Of a DNA stretch of 64,000 nt, positions 6,773-16,985 are shown in pieces. The notes below the pieces were generated by a model. The model did not search any database. It worked only from the letters and a program-made list of their open reading frames with translations, and was not told the origin of the DNA. The DNA is from a virus. Taxonomy: Duplodnaviria; Caudoviricetes. The number at the start of each line of letters is the position of its first letter. The stretch's first letter is position 1. The stretch spans positions 1 through 64,000 of the IMG/VR virus record IMGVR_UViG_3300031953_000004. One strand, given 5' to 3'. The position numbers and the translations under genes were made by a program.

Positions 6773-8950
6773 ATGGAAGTAAACATCAACTGGAACAAGT
6801 TTGATAGTAAGCTTTACAGTGATCTCCCCAATATGGATATCCCGGATTTCAACCCTGGGACCTTATCCTATGACGACTTCTGGGATGAACAGGACAAACG
6901 TTGCCTGGAAGGATATAAGCCCCGCAGCTTTATGCCCAAGATCACGGGCCGACATTACTTTTACCTCAATATGTGCCGCATCAACCTCCTTAAAAAAGGG
7001 GCCAAGCGTAAGACCTTGGACTATCCTTTCTACCGGGAACTCGACAGGCGGCTGTACGATGAACTGGAAGATGCCATCAAGCACAGGCACGGTCTTATTG
7101 TAGGGAAACCACGTAGGGTGGGGCTTTCTTATTTCGGGGCATCAGCATCCCTCTATGAACTTCTGTTCTTTATCCTCAACAAAATAGGCGTTGCTGCCGG
7201 ACAGGATGATAAGGCACAGGATTTCTACGAAAAAGTGAAAGGGCTAATGGAAGACCTCCGTCCGGAATATACCGCAGCGGTGAGCATCAAGAACGACGAT
7301 GTGTACAGGCTGAGTTATTTCGATATCGAGAACAAGCAGAAGAAAGAATACGGACTGAAGTCCACGATGTACATGAAAACGATGTACGCCAACCCTTCCG
7401 GTTTTGAAGGGAAGGAACTCTCCCTGGTGATTTTTGAAGAGGCGGGGCTATTTGATGATATCATTGCGGCCTTTAAAGCCACTGAACCTTGTTTCAAGGA
7501 AGGTGCAATCCAATACGGAATCCCGATTATCTACGGAACGGGCGGGGATATTGAGAAAGGTTCCAAGGGATATCAAACCCTATGGAGGGCCAAGAAAGAA
7601 ACCTACAACCTTAAAAAAATTTTTGTCTCCGCTACGGACTATTATCCTGGGGATGGTATTCCCGATGAAAAAACAGGAAAGACCGTTTCCTTCTTTGATC
7701 GACGTACCGGGAAAACGAATTCCGAAGCAGCCCTGAAATACATCATGGCCGAACGTCAACAGAAAGAAGGATCGGAAGGTTATATAAAACACCTTCAAAC
7801 ATACCCCCTCAAAGAATCCGATATCTTCATCAAGAACTCCGGTGGGTTCTTGAACCGCAAGAAGCTGAACGCCCAGAAAAACAGGCTTGACGATTGTCCT
7901 TACCCGATACTCACCGGAAGGCTGGAATGGACGACCAAAGACCCCGTGACAATGAAGCTCATTGCCAGGGCTAAGAACCTGAAAGAGATCGATAAGATAC
8001 ACCTCAGCCGTGGTTCCAAGATCACATTTATCGAAGATGATGAATTGGGAACGGTCAAGAAGCTAATGGATCCCATCGATCACAAGCGATTGCCATTCAA
8101 TCCCGATATCCTCGGTTGTGATAGTTACGATGATGAGGTGAAGGAAGGTACTGGTTCCCTTGGGGCGACCATTGTCTACCGTTGTTTCTATAGCGTGAAC
8201 CGTGACCACGACCTTCCGATCGCCTACGTGATGGACAGGGGAACCTCGGATGAGGATGATGAATTTTATTCTGCCTCCTTGCGCCTGTGTGTGTACTACG
8301 ATGCGGAGATGCTACTTGAATACACCAAGATCCTTATTAAATCCTACTTTGAGGGAGCGGGGGGAATGCAGTATCTGAAAGCACGCCCGAACCTTGAAGG
8401 GCAGGGGTACAACTCCAATGCGGTCAACCAGGTCGGTTTCAAGCTCTCCAACCAATATGCCTTCGGGCTTACACTTCGGCTTTTAAAGGCAGAGGTGAAC
8501 CAGAACTTCGACAAGATATGGTTTGAAGAAATCCTGGACCACCTGATAGATTTTGGTGAAAGCAATGCCGATTTAGGTTCTGCCTATGGAATGTGCATGG
8601 TCAGCAAGCTCGATATGTTTGGCGACCTCTCCGAGGGGATCGAGGATGAACCGGATAACAATAGCATCATAGACAATTTTGGGGGATGGGTGAACGAGGG
8701 TGGATCCAAGGTTTGGAAGACCGAAAAACAGGTAGACCTGGACAACGATCCCTATGCTTTTGACAAGAAAGCGAACATCTTCGACCCTGAATTTGACCTT
8801 GCAGGGGAAGAAAGGGAAGATTTTGAAAACCTCAAAATAAGCTCCCGGGACCGCATGAAAAAAGAACAACAGGACATCGTTGATCTCTATGGAGGGGATG
8901 TATTTGCATTTACTCTTGAAGAACATCACCGAAAATTAAATAAAAATTAA
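6773..8950 (+). CDS. terL: Terminase large subunit
   Basis: Walker A region GKPRRVGLS, Walker B LVIFEEAG, GTGG coupling motif, RNase-H-like nuclease ILGCDSYD; lies directly before portal. Confidence 0.92.
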   Translation: MEVNINWNKFDSKLYSDLPNMDIPDFNPGTLSYDDFWDEQDKRCLEGYKPRSFMPKITGRHYFYLNMCRINLLKKGAKRKTLDYPFYRELDRRLYDELEDAIKHRHGLIVGKPRRVGLSYFGASASLYELLFFILNKIGVAAGQDDKAQDFYEKVKGLMEDLRPEYTAAVSIKNDDVYRLSYFDIENKQKKEYGLKSTMYMKTMYANPSGFEGKELSLVIFEEAGLFDDIIAAFKATEPCFKEGAIQYGIPIIYGTGGDIEKGSKGYQTLWRAKKETYNLKKIFVSATDYYPGDGIPDEKTGKTVSFFDRRTGKTNSEAALKYIMAERQQKEGSEGYIKHLQTYPLKESDIFIKNSGGFLNRKKLNAQKNRLDDCPYPILTGRLEWTTKDPVTMKLIARAKNLKEIDKIHLSRGSKITFIEDDELGTVKKLMDPIDHKRLPFNPDILGCDSYDDEVKEGTGSLGATIVYRCFYSVNRDHDLPIAYVMDRGTSDEDDEFYSASLRLCVYYDAEMLLEYTKILIKSYFEGAGGMQYLKARPNLEGQGYNSNAVNQVGFKLSNQYAFGLTLRLLKAEVNQNFDKIWFEEILDHLIDFGESNADLGSAYGMCMVSKLDMFGDLSEGIEDEPDNNSIIDNFGGWVNEGGSKVWKTEKQVDLDNDPYAFDKKANIFDPEFDLAGEEREDFENLKISSRDRMKKEQQDIVDLYGGDVFAFTLEEHHRKLNKN

Positions 8951-8975
8951 TACATTTAACTAAAATTTATCATAA

Positions 8976-11231
8976 ATGAGTTCGAGTGCTCTCCCCGACC
9001 AGACCATTCCCGAGTCAAAAAAGACAAAAGAGTGGCATATCTCTCACGTTACTGATTATGTCAGTTCTTCTCATTCAAGCGGTTACGACGACACCAAACA
9101 ACAGATGCTCAAACTCTACAAAGGGTACAATGCAGAGTTGAACGCCGATGAAGCAAAGACGGTGGATGCCATCACCAAACCCCACGGTACTGACCTGGGG
9201 CTTGATTATGTAGTGTACCCGCTGATACAGACCAAGGTCGAACAACTCGTGGGAGAATTCATGTTGCGCCCTATCCGAAGGAAAGCTTACGTATTGGATA
9301 AGAAATCCAAGAACGCCAAGTTTCAAAAGAAACTAGACTTGCTCGCTGAGGAAATGATGCGCGAGTATGCAGAGAAGATGAAACAAGATCTCGGCTTCCA
9401 ACCAGAAACAGAGAACCCCGACATAGAACTTCCCGAAGATGTGGAAGAATTTTTCAATAAAGATTTCAAGATGCTGGCCGAAGAGGTCGCTGATAACCTG
9501 ATATCGCTTTTCCTCGATGTGCGTAAAGAGAAGCACAAGTTCCGGGAACTCTTCCTGGACTATTGCATCACCGACAGGTGCCATGCGATCCTCGATAAGG
9601 AAAACGGGCATACCACCCTTCGGAAGGCACACCCACTAGATGTCGATTATGATATCAACCCCTATAAGATCGTACAGGACAACCACGAAAAATTCTTTGA
9701 GAGCTACTGGCTTTCCTTGAACGAGATCCTGAACATTTTTAAGCTTACCCACACCCAGAAAGAGGACGTCAAGAAGATGTTTGAGAGCTTTGGCAGTAGC
9801 ACCGAGGTAAGTGAAGACGGGGAGAGCTTATCCATAACTCAAAAATATGACGGTTGGCATAATACCAGCAACAAGACCAATAGGCTTCGCGTGGTCAGTG
9901 CGATGTGGAAATCCAAAAAACGCACCAGCGTAAAGGTTTCCAAGAGCAAGAAGACCGGTGAGGAATTCTACAAGAAACTGAACGATGAATCCGAGGCCCG
10001 AAAGAACGATACGGTGGAGAACATAGATGGGGAGATCCCGCGCCATTGCATCATGCTCGGTCCGGACATCTGCCTTTCATGGGGAGAAATGGACCAGCGG
10101 TATTCCTCCAAGGAAAACCCGTATATCTGTTACCTCCCTGTGATATCACTTGTTCGTGATAATACTACCGGAACTGCGAACATCAAATCCCCTGCAGCCA
10201 AGCTTATCCAATTACAGGAGATGGCCTCTGAAATCTTATTTGAGATCAGGCTCTCTATGAAGAGTGCTGGAAGCTCGCGGGTATTGGTGTATGATGTCGC
10301 CCAGACCCCTACGGAATTTACCAAAGGGGGATATGAAAGCGGCCTGAACGCGGTGATGCACCACATCAAGAAAGACCGCCTGATGGTGATCAACTCCAAG
10401 CAGAAAGGCGCGGCAAAAAATACGTTCAATCAATTTACCTCCTTGGACCTCTCGCAAAAAGGGGCTGTACAGGATCTCTTTAGTGGTCTTGCCATCATAG
10501 AAGACCTTGCATCCAAATTCGTCGGAATATCTCCGGAGCGAGAGGGCCAGATAGGGCAATACCAAACAGCGAACAATGCCGAGCGTGCCATTCGTGGTAG
10601 TACCGCAAGGACTGAAGTTATCTATTCACCATTTGATGATTTTATACAGGGATTGTTGGAAAAAGTACTGATGCGTGCCAAGTACGATTATGAGGAAGGG
10701 GAACTGATTCATTTTGTCTTTGGCGATATGAAGAACAAGTTCATCAAGCTTTACAAGGACTTCTTTGAAGCTGACTTGGGAATCTTCTTGTCCGATGCAC
10801 AGAAAGACCTTGATGCTGCAGAAACGATTAATAGAGCAGCAGAGATGGCTTTGTCCACTGCCAATACCCCTGAGATGATCATGGGGCTGATAGAGGTCTT
10901 TGAGGGAGAATCAGCTACTGAGAAGAAAGCGACCTTCCAGAGGATGATCGATTCCTTGTCGAAAATGCGTCAGGAACAAGAGAAAGCTGCTCAGGAGGCA
11001 CATCAAAGAGAACTGGAATCCAAAGCTGCAGATAGGGAAAGTGCTGACACTCTTAAAAGAGAAGGGTACAAAAAAGACAAAGACGTTGCCACGATATATG
11101 CTGATAACAAGGCGTACAGCGACAACACGAAAGCGAATTCCGCAGAGAAGATGAAAGCGGCAGAACTGTTCCAGAAAGAACAGGAAGCTAGGCGTTCAGA
11201 AAATAAAACACCGACTAAAAAGCCGGTATAG
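8976..11231 (+). CDS. Portal protein (crAss-like)
   Basis: 751 aa after terL; YPLIQTKVEQLVGEFMLRP N-terminal motif, GISPEREGQIGQYQTA motif, coiled C-terminus. Confidence 0.88.
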   Translation: MSSSALPDQTIPESKKTKEWHISHVTDYVSSSHSSGYDDTKQQMLKLYKGYNAELNADEAKTVDAITKPHGTDLGLDYVVYPLIQTKVEQLVGEFMLRPIRRKAYVLDKKSKNAKFQKKLDLLAEEMMREYAEKMKQDLGFQPETENPDIELPEDVEEFFNKDFKMLAEEVADNLISLFLDVRKEKHKFRELFLDYCITDRCHAILDKENGHTTLRKAHPLDVDYDINPYKIVQDNHEKFFESYWLSLNEILNIFKLTHTQKEDVKKMFESFGSSTEVSEDGESLSITQKYDGWHNTSNKTNRLRVVSAMWKSKKRTSVKVSKSKKTGEEFYKKLNDESEARKNDTVENIDGEIPRHCIMLGPDICLSWGEMDQRYSSKENPYICYLPVISLVRDNTTGTANIKSPAAKLIQLQEMASEILFEIRLSMKSAGSSRVLVYDVAQTPTEFTKGGYESGLNAVMHHIKKDRLMVINSKQKGAAKNTFNQFTSLDLSQKGAVQDLFSGLAIIEDLASKFVGISPEREGQIGQYQTANNAERAIRGSTARTEVIYSPFDDFIQGLLEKVLMRAKYDYEEGELIHFVFGDMKNKFIKLYKDFFEADLGIFLSDAQKDLDAAETINRAAEMALSTANTPEMIMGLIEVFEGESATEKKATFQRMIDSLSKMRQEQEKAAQEAHQRELESKAADRESADTLKREGYKKDKDVATIYADNKAYSDNTKANSAEKMKAAELFQKEQEARRSENKTPTKKPV

Positions 11232-11242
11232 GATTTTTTTAT

Positions 11243-11250
11243 TAGATTTG
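11243..11250 (+). promoter_or_regulatory. -7 promoter element TAGATTTG
   Basis: TAnnTTTG 20 nt upstream of ATG 11271. Confidence 0.55.
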
Positions 11251-11270
11251 TTTAACATAATTTTTACAAA

Positions 11271-12305
11271 ATGGCAGATAACAAAGAAGAAGAAACAGTA
11301 TTTGACGAAAACAAAGCTTTTGGTTACGATGATGAAATGGACCTTGGTCTGAAGGATCAGGAAGAAGAAGCTGAAGATCTTGAAGAGTACGATGGCATTG
11401 GTGCCGATGCGGAAGGAGCGGAAGCCCCGGAAGAAGAAAACACCGGTGAAGAAAAAGAAGAATCTGAAGAGGAAAGTCTTTTTGGAGAAGAGAAAAAAGA
11501 AGAGGAAGATGATGATGAGTTAACGGATGATGACCTTGCTTCCTTCAACAAGAAACTGAACAAGGAGTTCAAAACCACTCAGGAGTTGAAAGACTTCATG
11601 AACAAAGGGGATGAAGAAGTCGTTTCCGTAACCGAAGATCAGGAGTACGACAAGGCCCAAGGCAAGCTTGAAATGTACGAACCCCTTTTGGAACTTGGAC
11701 ACGAAGAGCTGATGCGCAAGGAGTTTGAAACCATTGCCGTTCAGAAGAACAAAGACCTCAACGATGAGGATGTTCAGGACGATATCGAGGAACAGCTTGA
11801 AAAGCTCCGCGATAGCAATCAGATGGATTTGAGGGCAGAGCGCCTGAGGGACATCCTTCGCAACAAGGTCATTGAACCTGCAAAAGCAGAGAAAGCGAAG
11901 ATCGAACAGGCCCGTACACAAAGACAGGCAGATCAGGAAAAGAGCAGTGCCGAGGAAACTCAGAACGCCCTTGCCGAGATATTCAACAACAAAAACTTTT
12001 TCGGACTGAAACCAGACCGGGAAACCGTTAATAAAGTTTACCAGGATATAAAAACTGGAAAGATCCTTGAAGACTTGAAGTCAGACAAGAAACTGTTAGC
12101 TGAGGTAGCTATGATGCGCGCGTATAAAGAACAAATTTATAAGAAGGCGTCTGGATTAACCTATAATGATGGGATGAAAGCGATACTCGACGATTACAAA
12201 ACGCAGAGTAGCAAGCAAGGTTCATCGATCACTAAAGCCCAAAAACGAGGCAGCAGCACAGGTGGAGACGAAAGTCGAGGATTGTTATCAAGCATATTGA
12301 AATAA
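11271..12305 (+). CDS. Acidic scaffold-like protein between portal and MCP
   Basis: Very D/E-rich N-terminus and helical body; syntenic with the conserved crAss gene preceding the capsid gene. Confidence 0.7.
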   Translation: MADNKEEETVFDENKAFGYDDEMDLGLKDQEEEAEDLEEYDGIGADAEGAEAPEEENTGEEKEESEEESLFGEEKKEEEDDDELTDDDLASFNKKLNKEFKTTQELKDFMNKGDEEVVSVTEDQEYDKAQGKLEMYEPLLELGHEELMRKEFETIAVQKNKDLNDEDVQDDIEEQLEKLRDSNQMDLRAERLRDILRNKVIEPAKAEKAKIEQARTQRQADQEKSSAEETQNALAEIFNNKNFFGLKPDRETVNKVYQDIKTGKILEDLKSDKKLLAEVAMMRAYKEQIYKKASGLTYNDGMKAILDDYKTQSSKQGSSITKAQKRGSSTGGDESRGLLSSILK

Positions 12306-12430
12306 CGCAGGCAACGCCGCACCGTTTCAGTATAAAACCAAATTCCCCCTTAACCTAAAACAGCCAACGGTAGTAAAAGTTGAGGATTTTTTGAAAACAT
12401 ATTTTTAATAAAAAATCTAAAACACACAAC

Positions 12431-14107
12431 ATGGGAGTTCTATTGAGAGGAACCGTTGAACGGTTCAATCCACAGATTCACACCGAAGCTAATTCATTGA
12501 CTACGTTGATGAAGAAACACTTCGCAGTTAAAAGAAAGTCTTTTGACTTATTTAAGAGGTACAACAAATTCCAGTCTTGGATGTATTACTCTGGTCGAGT
12601 GAACCAGGGGATCCAAAAAGGGAAGATGAAGGCTTCTGGCGATGAAATAAACGACAACGCCTATCGCATCGCCTACGAGGGGATGGATGTCCTTCCTGCA
12701 TATACTACAGGAGATGCCACGATTGGAGCCTGGTTTGAGGCCGCTTCTCCAAACCCGGATATGTCCGCCAATGGCGTAACCAACCTCGGTACGATCACCG
12801 CTGGTTTTGACAATGTAGAAACCAACACGTTGGTATCTATCGCTGTACAGCACGATCCTACCAATGGAATTCACGGAGACAAGTTCAACGCGAATGACAG
12901 GGTAGTACTAAACGCAGGTTTAGGAATTACCGTGATCTTTGTAAGAGCTGGTCGTAGAGCAGCTGACGGAAGTCACTACACCTATGATGGGAAGACTGTA
13001 GGTCCAGCTGGACTTTTCAGCACTTCACACCTGGTAATCGGAACGGTACTTACTGAATCCGGTTCTGCCTTCGGGGAAGGTTCTACCAAAGGTGGTCAAA
13101 GGACTGCCCGTAACAAATGGAGGATCAACTATTCCTTCATCACCCGTTACACATTGACAATGACTGGTTCTGCGAAGAAACAGAAAATTGCGAACATCGC
13201 CAACAGTGAAGACGGCAATGGGAAAATGTGGGAATTTGACGAGGTGTTACGTGGGGAAACCATTTTCCGTATGTTGAATGAGCAGGCCCTAAGATACTCA
13301 CGTATCTCCATGGATCCTTCCACTCATAGCTGGTATGAGAACTACGGAACCAATAAGCTTACCGTTGATGGCTTCCAGGCCGAGTCTGGAATTGAAGCTC
13401 CGGTAATCGGTAACGGTTGGATTCCTGAGATCGAGGACAACGCCACGTTCGATTACAACCCGAACAACGGTCTTGACCATAAATTGATCGAAGCAATCAC
13501 CAACGTACTTGCCACACGTTCCCCTGAGGGAAGTGATGGAAACACCTTCCTTGCGGTTACTGACCGTATCGGTCGTACCGCCTTTGATGCGGGTATGAAG
13601 AAACTGATGCAGTTCGATGCGAGCACAACTACTTCCGGAGCATCCAACATTGTTTACAATGTGACTACCGGACAAGAGTTGAAGCTTGGGTTTGCTGTAA
13701 CTCAGTACAACTACCTTGGGAACGCCTTCATCATCCTTGAAGATGAGTTGTTGAACCACCCAGGTCTTTATCCTACCAACGGAGGACTTGTTGGTACTGG
13801 TAACATTTACATTTTGAACACTACTCCGGTGGATGGTGTTCCTAACTTCGAGGTTCTTAGCCGTTCCGGTAGAGGACTGATCAAGAAGTATGTAAATGGA
13901 CTTCACTCTTTCGATCCTGCAGGAGAGCAGAGCAATACTGCTTCCTCTGGTTTTGACGGGTGCCAGATCCACATGCTATCTGAACTGATGGCAGTGCTTT
14001 ATGATGTACGCTCTTGTGGAATCCTGAAAGCTACCACCGCTTATGCTGGTGGTTCTTTAACTGGAACTACATTAGCTGGTCAGAAAGCTGCTGACTTCAC
14101 TTTCTAA
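12431..14107 (+). CDS. Major capsid protein (crAss-like HK97 fold)
   Basis: 558 aa, position after scaffold-like gene, strongly biased codons, followed by a strong hairpin. Confidence 0.85.
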   Translation: MGVLLRGTVERFNPQIHTEANSLTTLMKKHFAVKRKSFDLFKRYNKFQSWMYYSGRVNQGIQKGKMKASGDEINDNAYRIAYEGMDVLPAYTTGDATIGAWFEAASPNPDMSANGVTNLGTITAGFDNVETNTLVSIAVQHDPTNGIHGDKFNANDRVVLNAGLGITVIFVRAGRRAADGSHYTYDGKTVGPAGLFSTSHLVIGTVLTESGSAFGEGSTKGGQRTARNKWRINYSFITRYTLTMTGSAKKQKIANIANSEDGNGKMWEFDEVLRGETIFRMLNEQALRYSRISMDPSTHSWYENYGTNKLTVDGFQAESGIEAPVIGNGWIPEIEDNATFDYNPNNGLDHKLIEAITNVLATRSPEGSDGNTFLAVTDRIGRTAFDAGMKKLMQFDASTTTSGASNIVYNVTTGQELKLGFAVTQYNYLGNAFIILEDELLNHPGLYPTNGGLVGTGNIYILNTTPVDGVPNFEVLSRSGRGLIKKYVNGLHSFDPAGEQSNTASSGFDGCQIHMLSELMAVLYDVRSCGILKATTAYAGGSLTGTTLAGQKAADFTF

Positions 14108-14122
14108 GGAGAGTAATCAACC

Positions 14123-14152
14123 AACCTGTCCGCACCTTACTGCGGGCAGGTT
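14123..14152 (+). terminator. Hairpin after MCP (terminator or RNA stabiliser)
   Basis: AACCTGTCCGCA-CCTTAC-TGCGGGCAGGTT; AT-rich tail but weak U tract. Confidence 0.7.
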
Positions 14153-14170
14153 ATTATTATAAATACAATT

Positions 14171-14995
14171 ATGGAAACACAAGAAAAAGAAAAAACCGTA
14201 TTATCCGAAGGTGTTATCAAGGGCCGATGGAAACTAAGTTACTCCTTGGTAAACAACAATGGGATTGCTGGGTTCAGCGGACGTATGATCGGTCCTTATA
14301 GGGATCCTTTCACAGGTAAACAACGATTTTTGTACAATGCCAATGGCGACCGCCTTTTAGGGTTTAGTATCGAAAAGGTTGAAATGGATTTCAATCCCGA
14401 GTTCAACCCCGATGATAGGCTTGCGATTGACTGGTTGGTAGGACACCCGGAGGTGGGCGTTACGAATGATCAAGTACGCCTCAATAAGCAGTACCTTTCA
14501 AGGAAAATCTCCAACCCACGTATCAAACTGATCAACCTCGATCATCAGGACATCCGTGAATTGGTGGAGGAAGATTTTGTGGACAAGCTCATTGGGCTTA
14601 TCTCCTTGGACAACGGCAAGAACGCTCTCGGAATCGAGAAGCTTCGTTTTGTCCTTTCCAAGCTGAACCTATCCTACCGGGAAGAGAAGCTTATCAATGA
14701 CCCCACGATAGAGAAACAAAAGCTACGTCAGCGATTGAAAACCTATACCCGTGCAAGCTATGAGCATGCAAAAGAAGTAGGGAAGATCATGGAAGACCTT
14801 AACGGTGCTCAGTTCGTGTACGAGATCAAGGAGATGGAACGTCTAAAGATCATCAAGAAAAGCAATGCCACGTATATGTATGAAGGAAACCCGTTGGCTA
14901 CTTCCTATGAGGGCCTAAGGCTTTATTTTGAAAATCAGCCTGAGTTCTATGCAGAACTATCAGGAAAGCTTTACGAGGCTTTAAAATCACAATAA
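14171..14995 (+). CDS. Conserved crAss virion-module protein (gene after MCP)
   Basis: Synteny within the crAss capsid block. Confidence 0.65.
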   Translation: METQEKEKTVLSEGVIKGRWKLSYSLVNNNGIAGFSGRMIGPYRDPFTGKQRFLYNANGDRLLGFSIEKVEMDFNPEFNPDDRLAIDWLVGHPEVGVTNDQVRLNKQYLSRKISNPRIKLINLDHQDIRELVEEDFVDKLIGLISLDNGKNALGIEKLRFVLSKLNLSYREEKLINDPTIEKQKLRQRLKTYTRASYEHAKEVGKIMEDLNGAQFVYEIKEMERLKIIKKSNATYMYEGNPLATSYEGLRLYFENQPEFYAELSGKLYEALKSQ

Positions 14996-15009
14996 ATTAA
15001 TTTCCGGCT

Positions 15010-15663
15010 ATGGATTTCACATATACGTTATCAGAGGTAGAAGAAAAGATGCAGCAGTTCGCTGACAAGAATGGCTCTGATTATTTTCAGTTGCCGGAAT
15101 TGATGAACCACTTCAGAACCGCGACCTTGGAGTTTGTCGGAGAGAAGTTGAGGTCAATGGAGAGAACGCAAGAGGTGGTCGATGATATTCGGCCACTTAT
15201 TGTTCCGGGGAAATTGGCGGTTATCGCTGACCCCGATGATACGGATCGCTATATAGCGGCATTGCCTTTGAAATATATGAGGTTGGTGTCCTATGATATC
15301 ATCTATGAGGATGGTAGCAAGTGCCGAAGGGCCGATCTAAAGACACAGGCTCAATATACCTCAGCGGTATTAAACCCGAACCAACGACCTACCAAACACT
15401 ACCCCATTATACTTCAGGAAAACGGTTTGTTCCAGATCGACTGTGGTACTACGGTGGCTTCTTTTATGAAGATCGTCTACTGCAAGAAGCCTTCCTTTGC
15501 CAAGGTCACAGAACCCGAAAGGAGGATCGTAAACCTCCCCGATGAGGCTATTGAAAACATCATCCTCTCAACGGTGATGGGATTGTATGGCAAGACCGCG
15601 GACGAGCGTGTACAAATAAGCAACCAGTTTGAACAAATGTTTAGAAAAGTGAATCAATCATGA
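15010..15663 (+). CDS. Tail ring/neck protein
   Basis: Pattern typical of crAss ring proteins (YMRLVSY...IVYCKKP...LPDEAIENII); synteny. Confidence 0.65.
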   Translation: MDFTYTLSEVEEKMQQFADKNGSDYFQLPELMNHFRTATLEFVGEKLRSMERTQEVVDDIRPLIVPGKLAVIADPDDTDRYIAALPLKYMRLVSYDIIYEDGSKCRRADLKTQAQYTSAVLNPNQRPTKHYPIILQENGLFQIDCGTTVASFMKIVYCKKPSFAKVTEPERRIVNLPDEAIENIILSTVMGLYGKTADERVQISNQFEQMFRKVNQS

Positions 15664-15767
15664 GAAAACCACCTTTTGTTAGGGTTGTCGCTAACGTAAC
15701 TCTGATAGTTATAGCAATTTCAATCGCTTTTTTCTTTTTTATAATATTCAAAAAGATCACTCAATGA
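15660..15767 (+). CDS. 35-aa single-TM micro-protein (not in ORF track)
   Basis: MRKPPFVRVVANVTLIVIAISIAFFFFIIFKKITQ; ATGA overlaps with both neighbours. Confidence 0.6.
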   Translation: MRKPPFVRVVANVTLIVIAISIAFFFFIIFKKITQ

Positions 15768-16471
15768 CCACAGAGGAAGAAATCATTTACGCTATCTGGG
15801 ATGTAGTCCGAGCAGGAACATTCAACCAGGACGACCCGATCAATGAACGGTTGATGCGGTCATTCCTTCGTATTCACAGGGGCAAGCATCTAAGCAATAC
15901 GTTTTCAAAAGGAATGGAATTGCCCGATGAGGTGTTCCAATACTTGGGGCCCATACCATTTGTCAAGGGAACCAAAGAATTTATATCAGCTACAATACCT
16001 AAGACCATCAGCTTCCCCCAGAATTACGGGGTGATTGCCGATATCGAAGGATATGTGGTTTCCATCGTCAACAGCGAGGAATGGAGAAATGCCCGTTTTG
16101 ACAAGCACAACAAGCACCACCCGATGATCAAGATCGTCAATAACCGTATGGTCTTGTCCTTTGGCCAGAACCAGGCGAACCAGTTGGATGATTTTACCGC
16201 TACCGAACTCAATACTGTTGTAGATATATTAGCGGCAATAGTCGCCCCAGCTACAGTTGATGTAGCTGTACAAGCGGTACTGGTGAATCCCGACGATGAA
16301 CCCGGATATGACTTTACCACTTCTCCTTATCCACTACCGGACGAGTTGGTGGAAGACCTTATCAACTCCGTGAATGCACGGGAGTTTGGCATATTTTTAA
16401 GAATGAAATCTGACACTGTAGGAAATTTACAAGATGAAGCGAACCCGACCGGATCTGAAAAAGAAATCTAA
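15764..16471 (+). CDS. Tail ring/neck protein
   Basis: C-terminal VLVNPDD...YPLPDELVEDLIN motif; synteny with crAss ring genes. Confidence 0.65.
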   Translation: MTTEEEIIYAIWDVVRAGTFNQDDPINERLMRSFLRIHRGKHLSNTFSKGMELPDEVFQYLGPIPFVKGTKEFISATIPKTISFPQNYGVIADIEGYVVSIVNSEEWRNARFDKHNKHHPMIKIVNNRMVLSFGQNQANQLDDFTATELNTVVDILAAIVAPATVDVAVQAVLVNPDDEPGYDFTTSPYPLPDELVEDLINSVNAREFGIFLRMKSDTVGNLQDEANPTGSEKEI

Positions 16472-16985
16472 GGCTGCAGAGATGCACGTCCTTAGCGTAA
16501 AAGACTTTTATAAGAAATTCAAATCTGAAAAGAGAAGGTACCACCCTTCTCTTTTTTGTACGGATAAACCAACAAAATTGATACGTGAAAAAGAAGTTCC
16601 TGAGAAGCTCTTCAAGAAGATCATACTGGAATACCTGAAGATGTATTTCTTTCAGTTTTACAATGAGCAGAAATCCATCTACTTCCCCCTTGGAGGCTTT
16701 ATGAAAAAGGTACGCTATCCTAAATGGAACGCGTGGATGCCCAAGGGAAAAGGCAAAAAACAGCTGAGCAAGAACGAGGCTATTGGTCTTTTCTGGTATC
16801 AACGTGCGAGCAAAAAAATGCAGTATATGGTTTGCCTGAGAAAGCTTACTGGAAGTTCTAATAGAATTCCCAAAATTGAAGAATTCTACAAAAACAATTT
16901 TAACATAGATTTATTACCTATATTTAACACGGAAATGAAAAGACAGTTCAAAAACAAAACCCTCTACCTATGTTCTCTAACCTAG
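16434..16985 (+). CDS. IHF/HU-like basic protein of the crAss virion block
   Basis: Lys-rich; SVKDFYKKFK...KKIILEYLK...IYFPLGGFMKKV; position before the tail tubular gene; start uncertain. Confidence 0.6.
   Translation: MKRTRPDLKKKSKAAEMHVLSVKDFYKKFKSEKRRYHPSLFCTDKPTKLIREKEVPEKLFKKIILEYLKMYFFQFYNEQKSIYFPLGGFMKKVRYPKWNAWMPKGKGKKQLSKNEAIGLFWYQRASKKMQYMVCLRKLTGSSNRIPKIEEFYKNNFNIDLLPIFNTEMKRQFKNKTLYLCSLT

Noticed and set aside
6773-14107. Introns, inteins or homing endonucleases in terL/portal/MCP
   Set aside because: ORFs are continuous with expected sizes; no intein C/HN ends or HNH/LAGLIDADG motifs noticed
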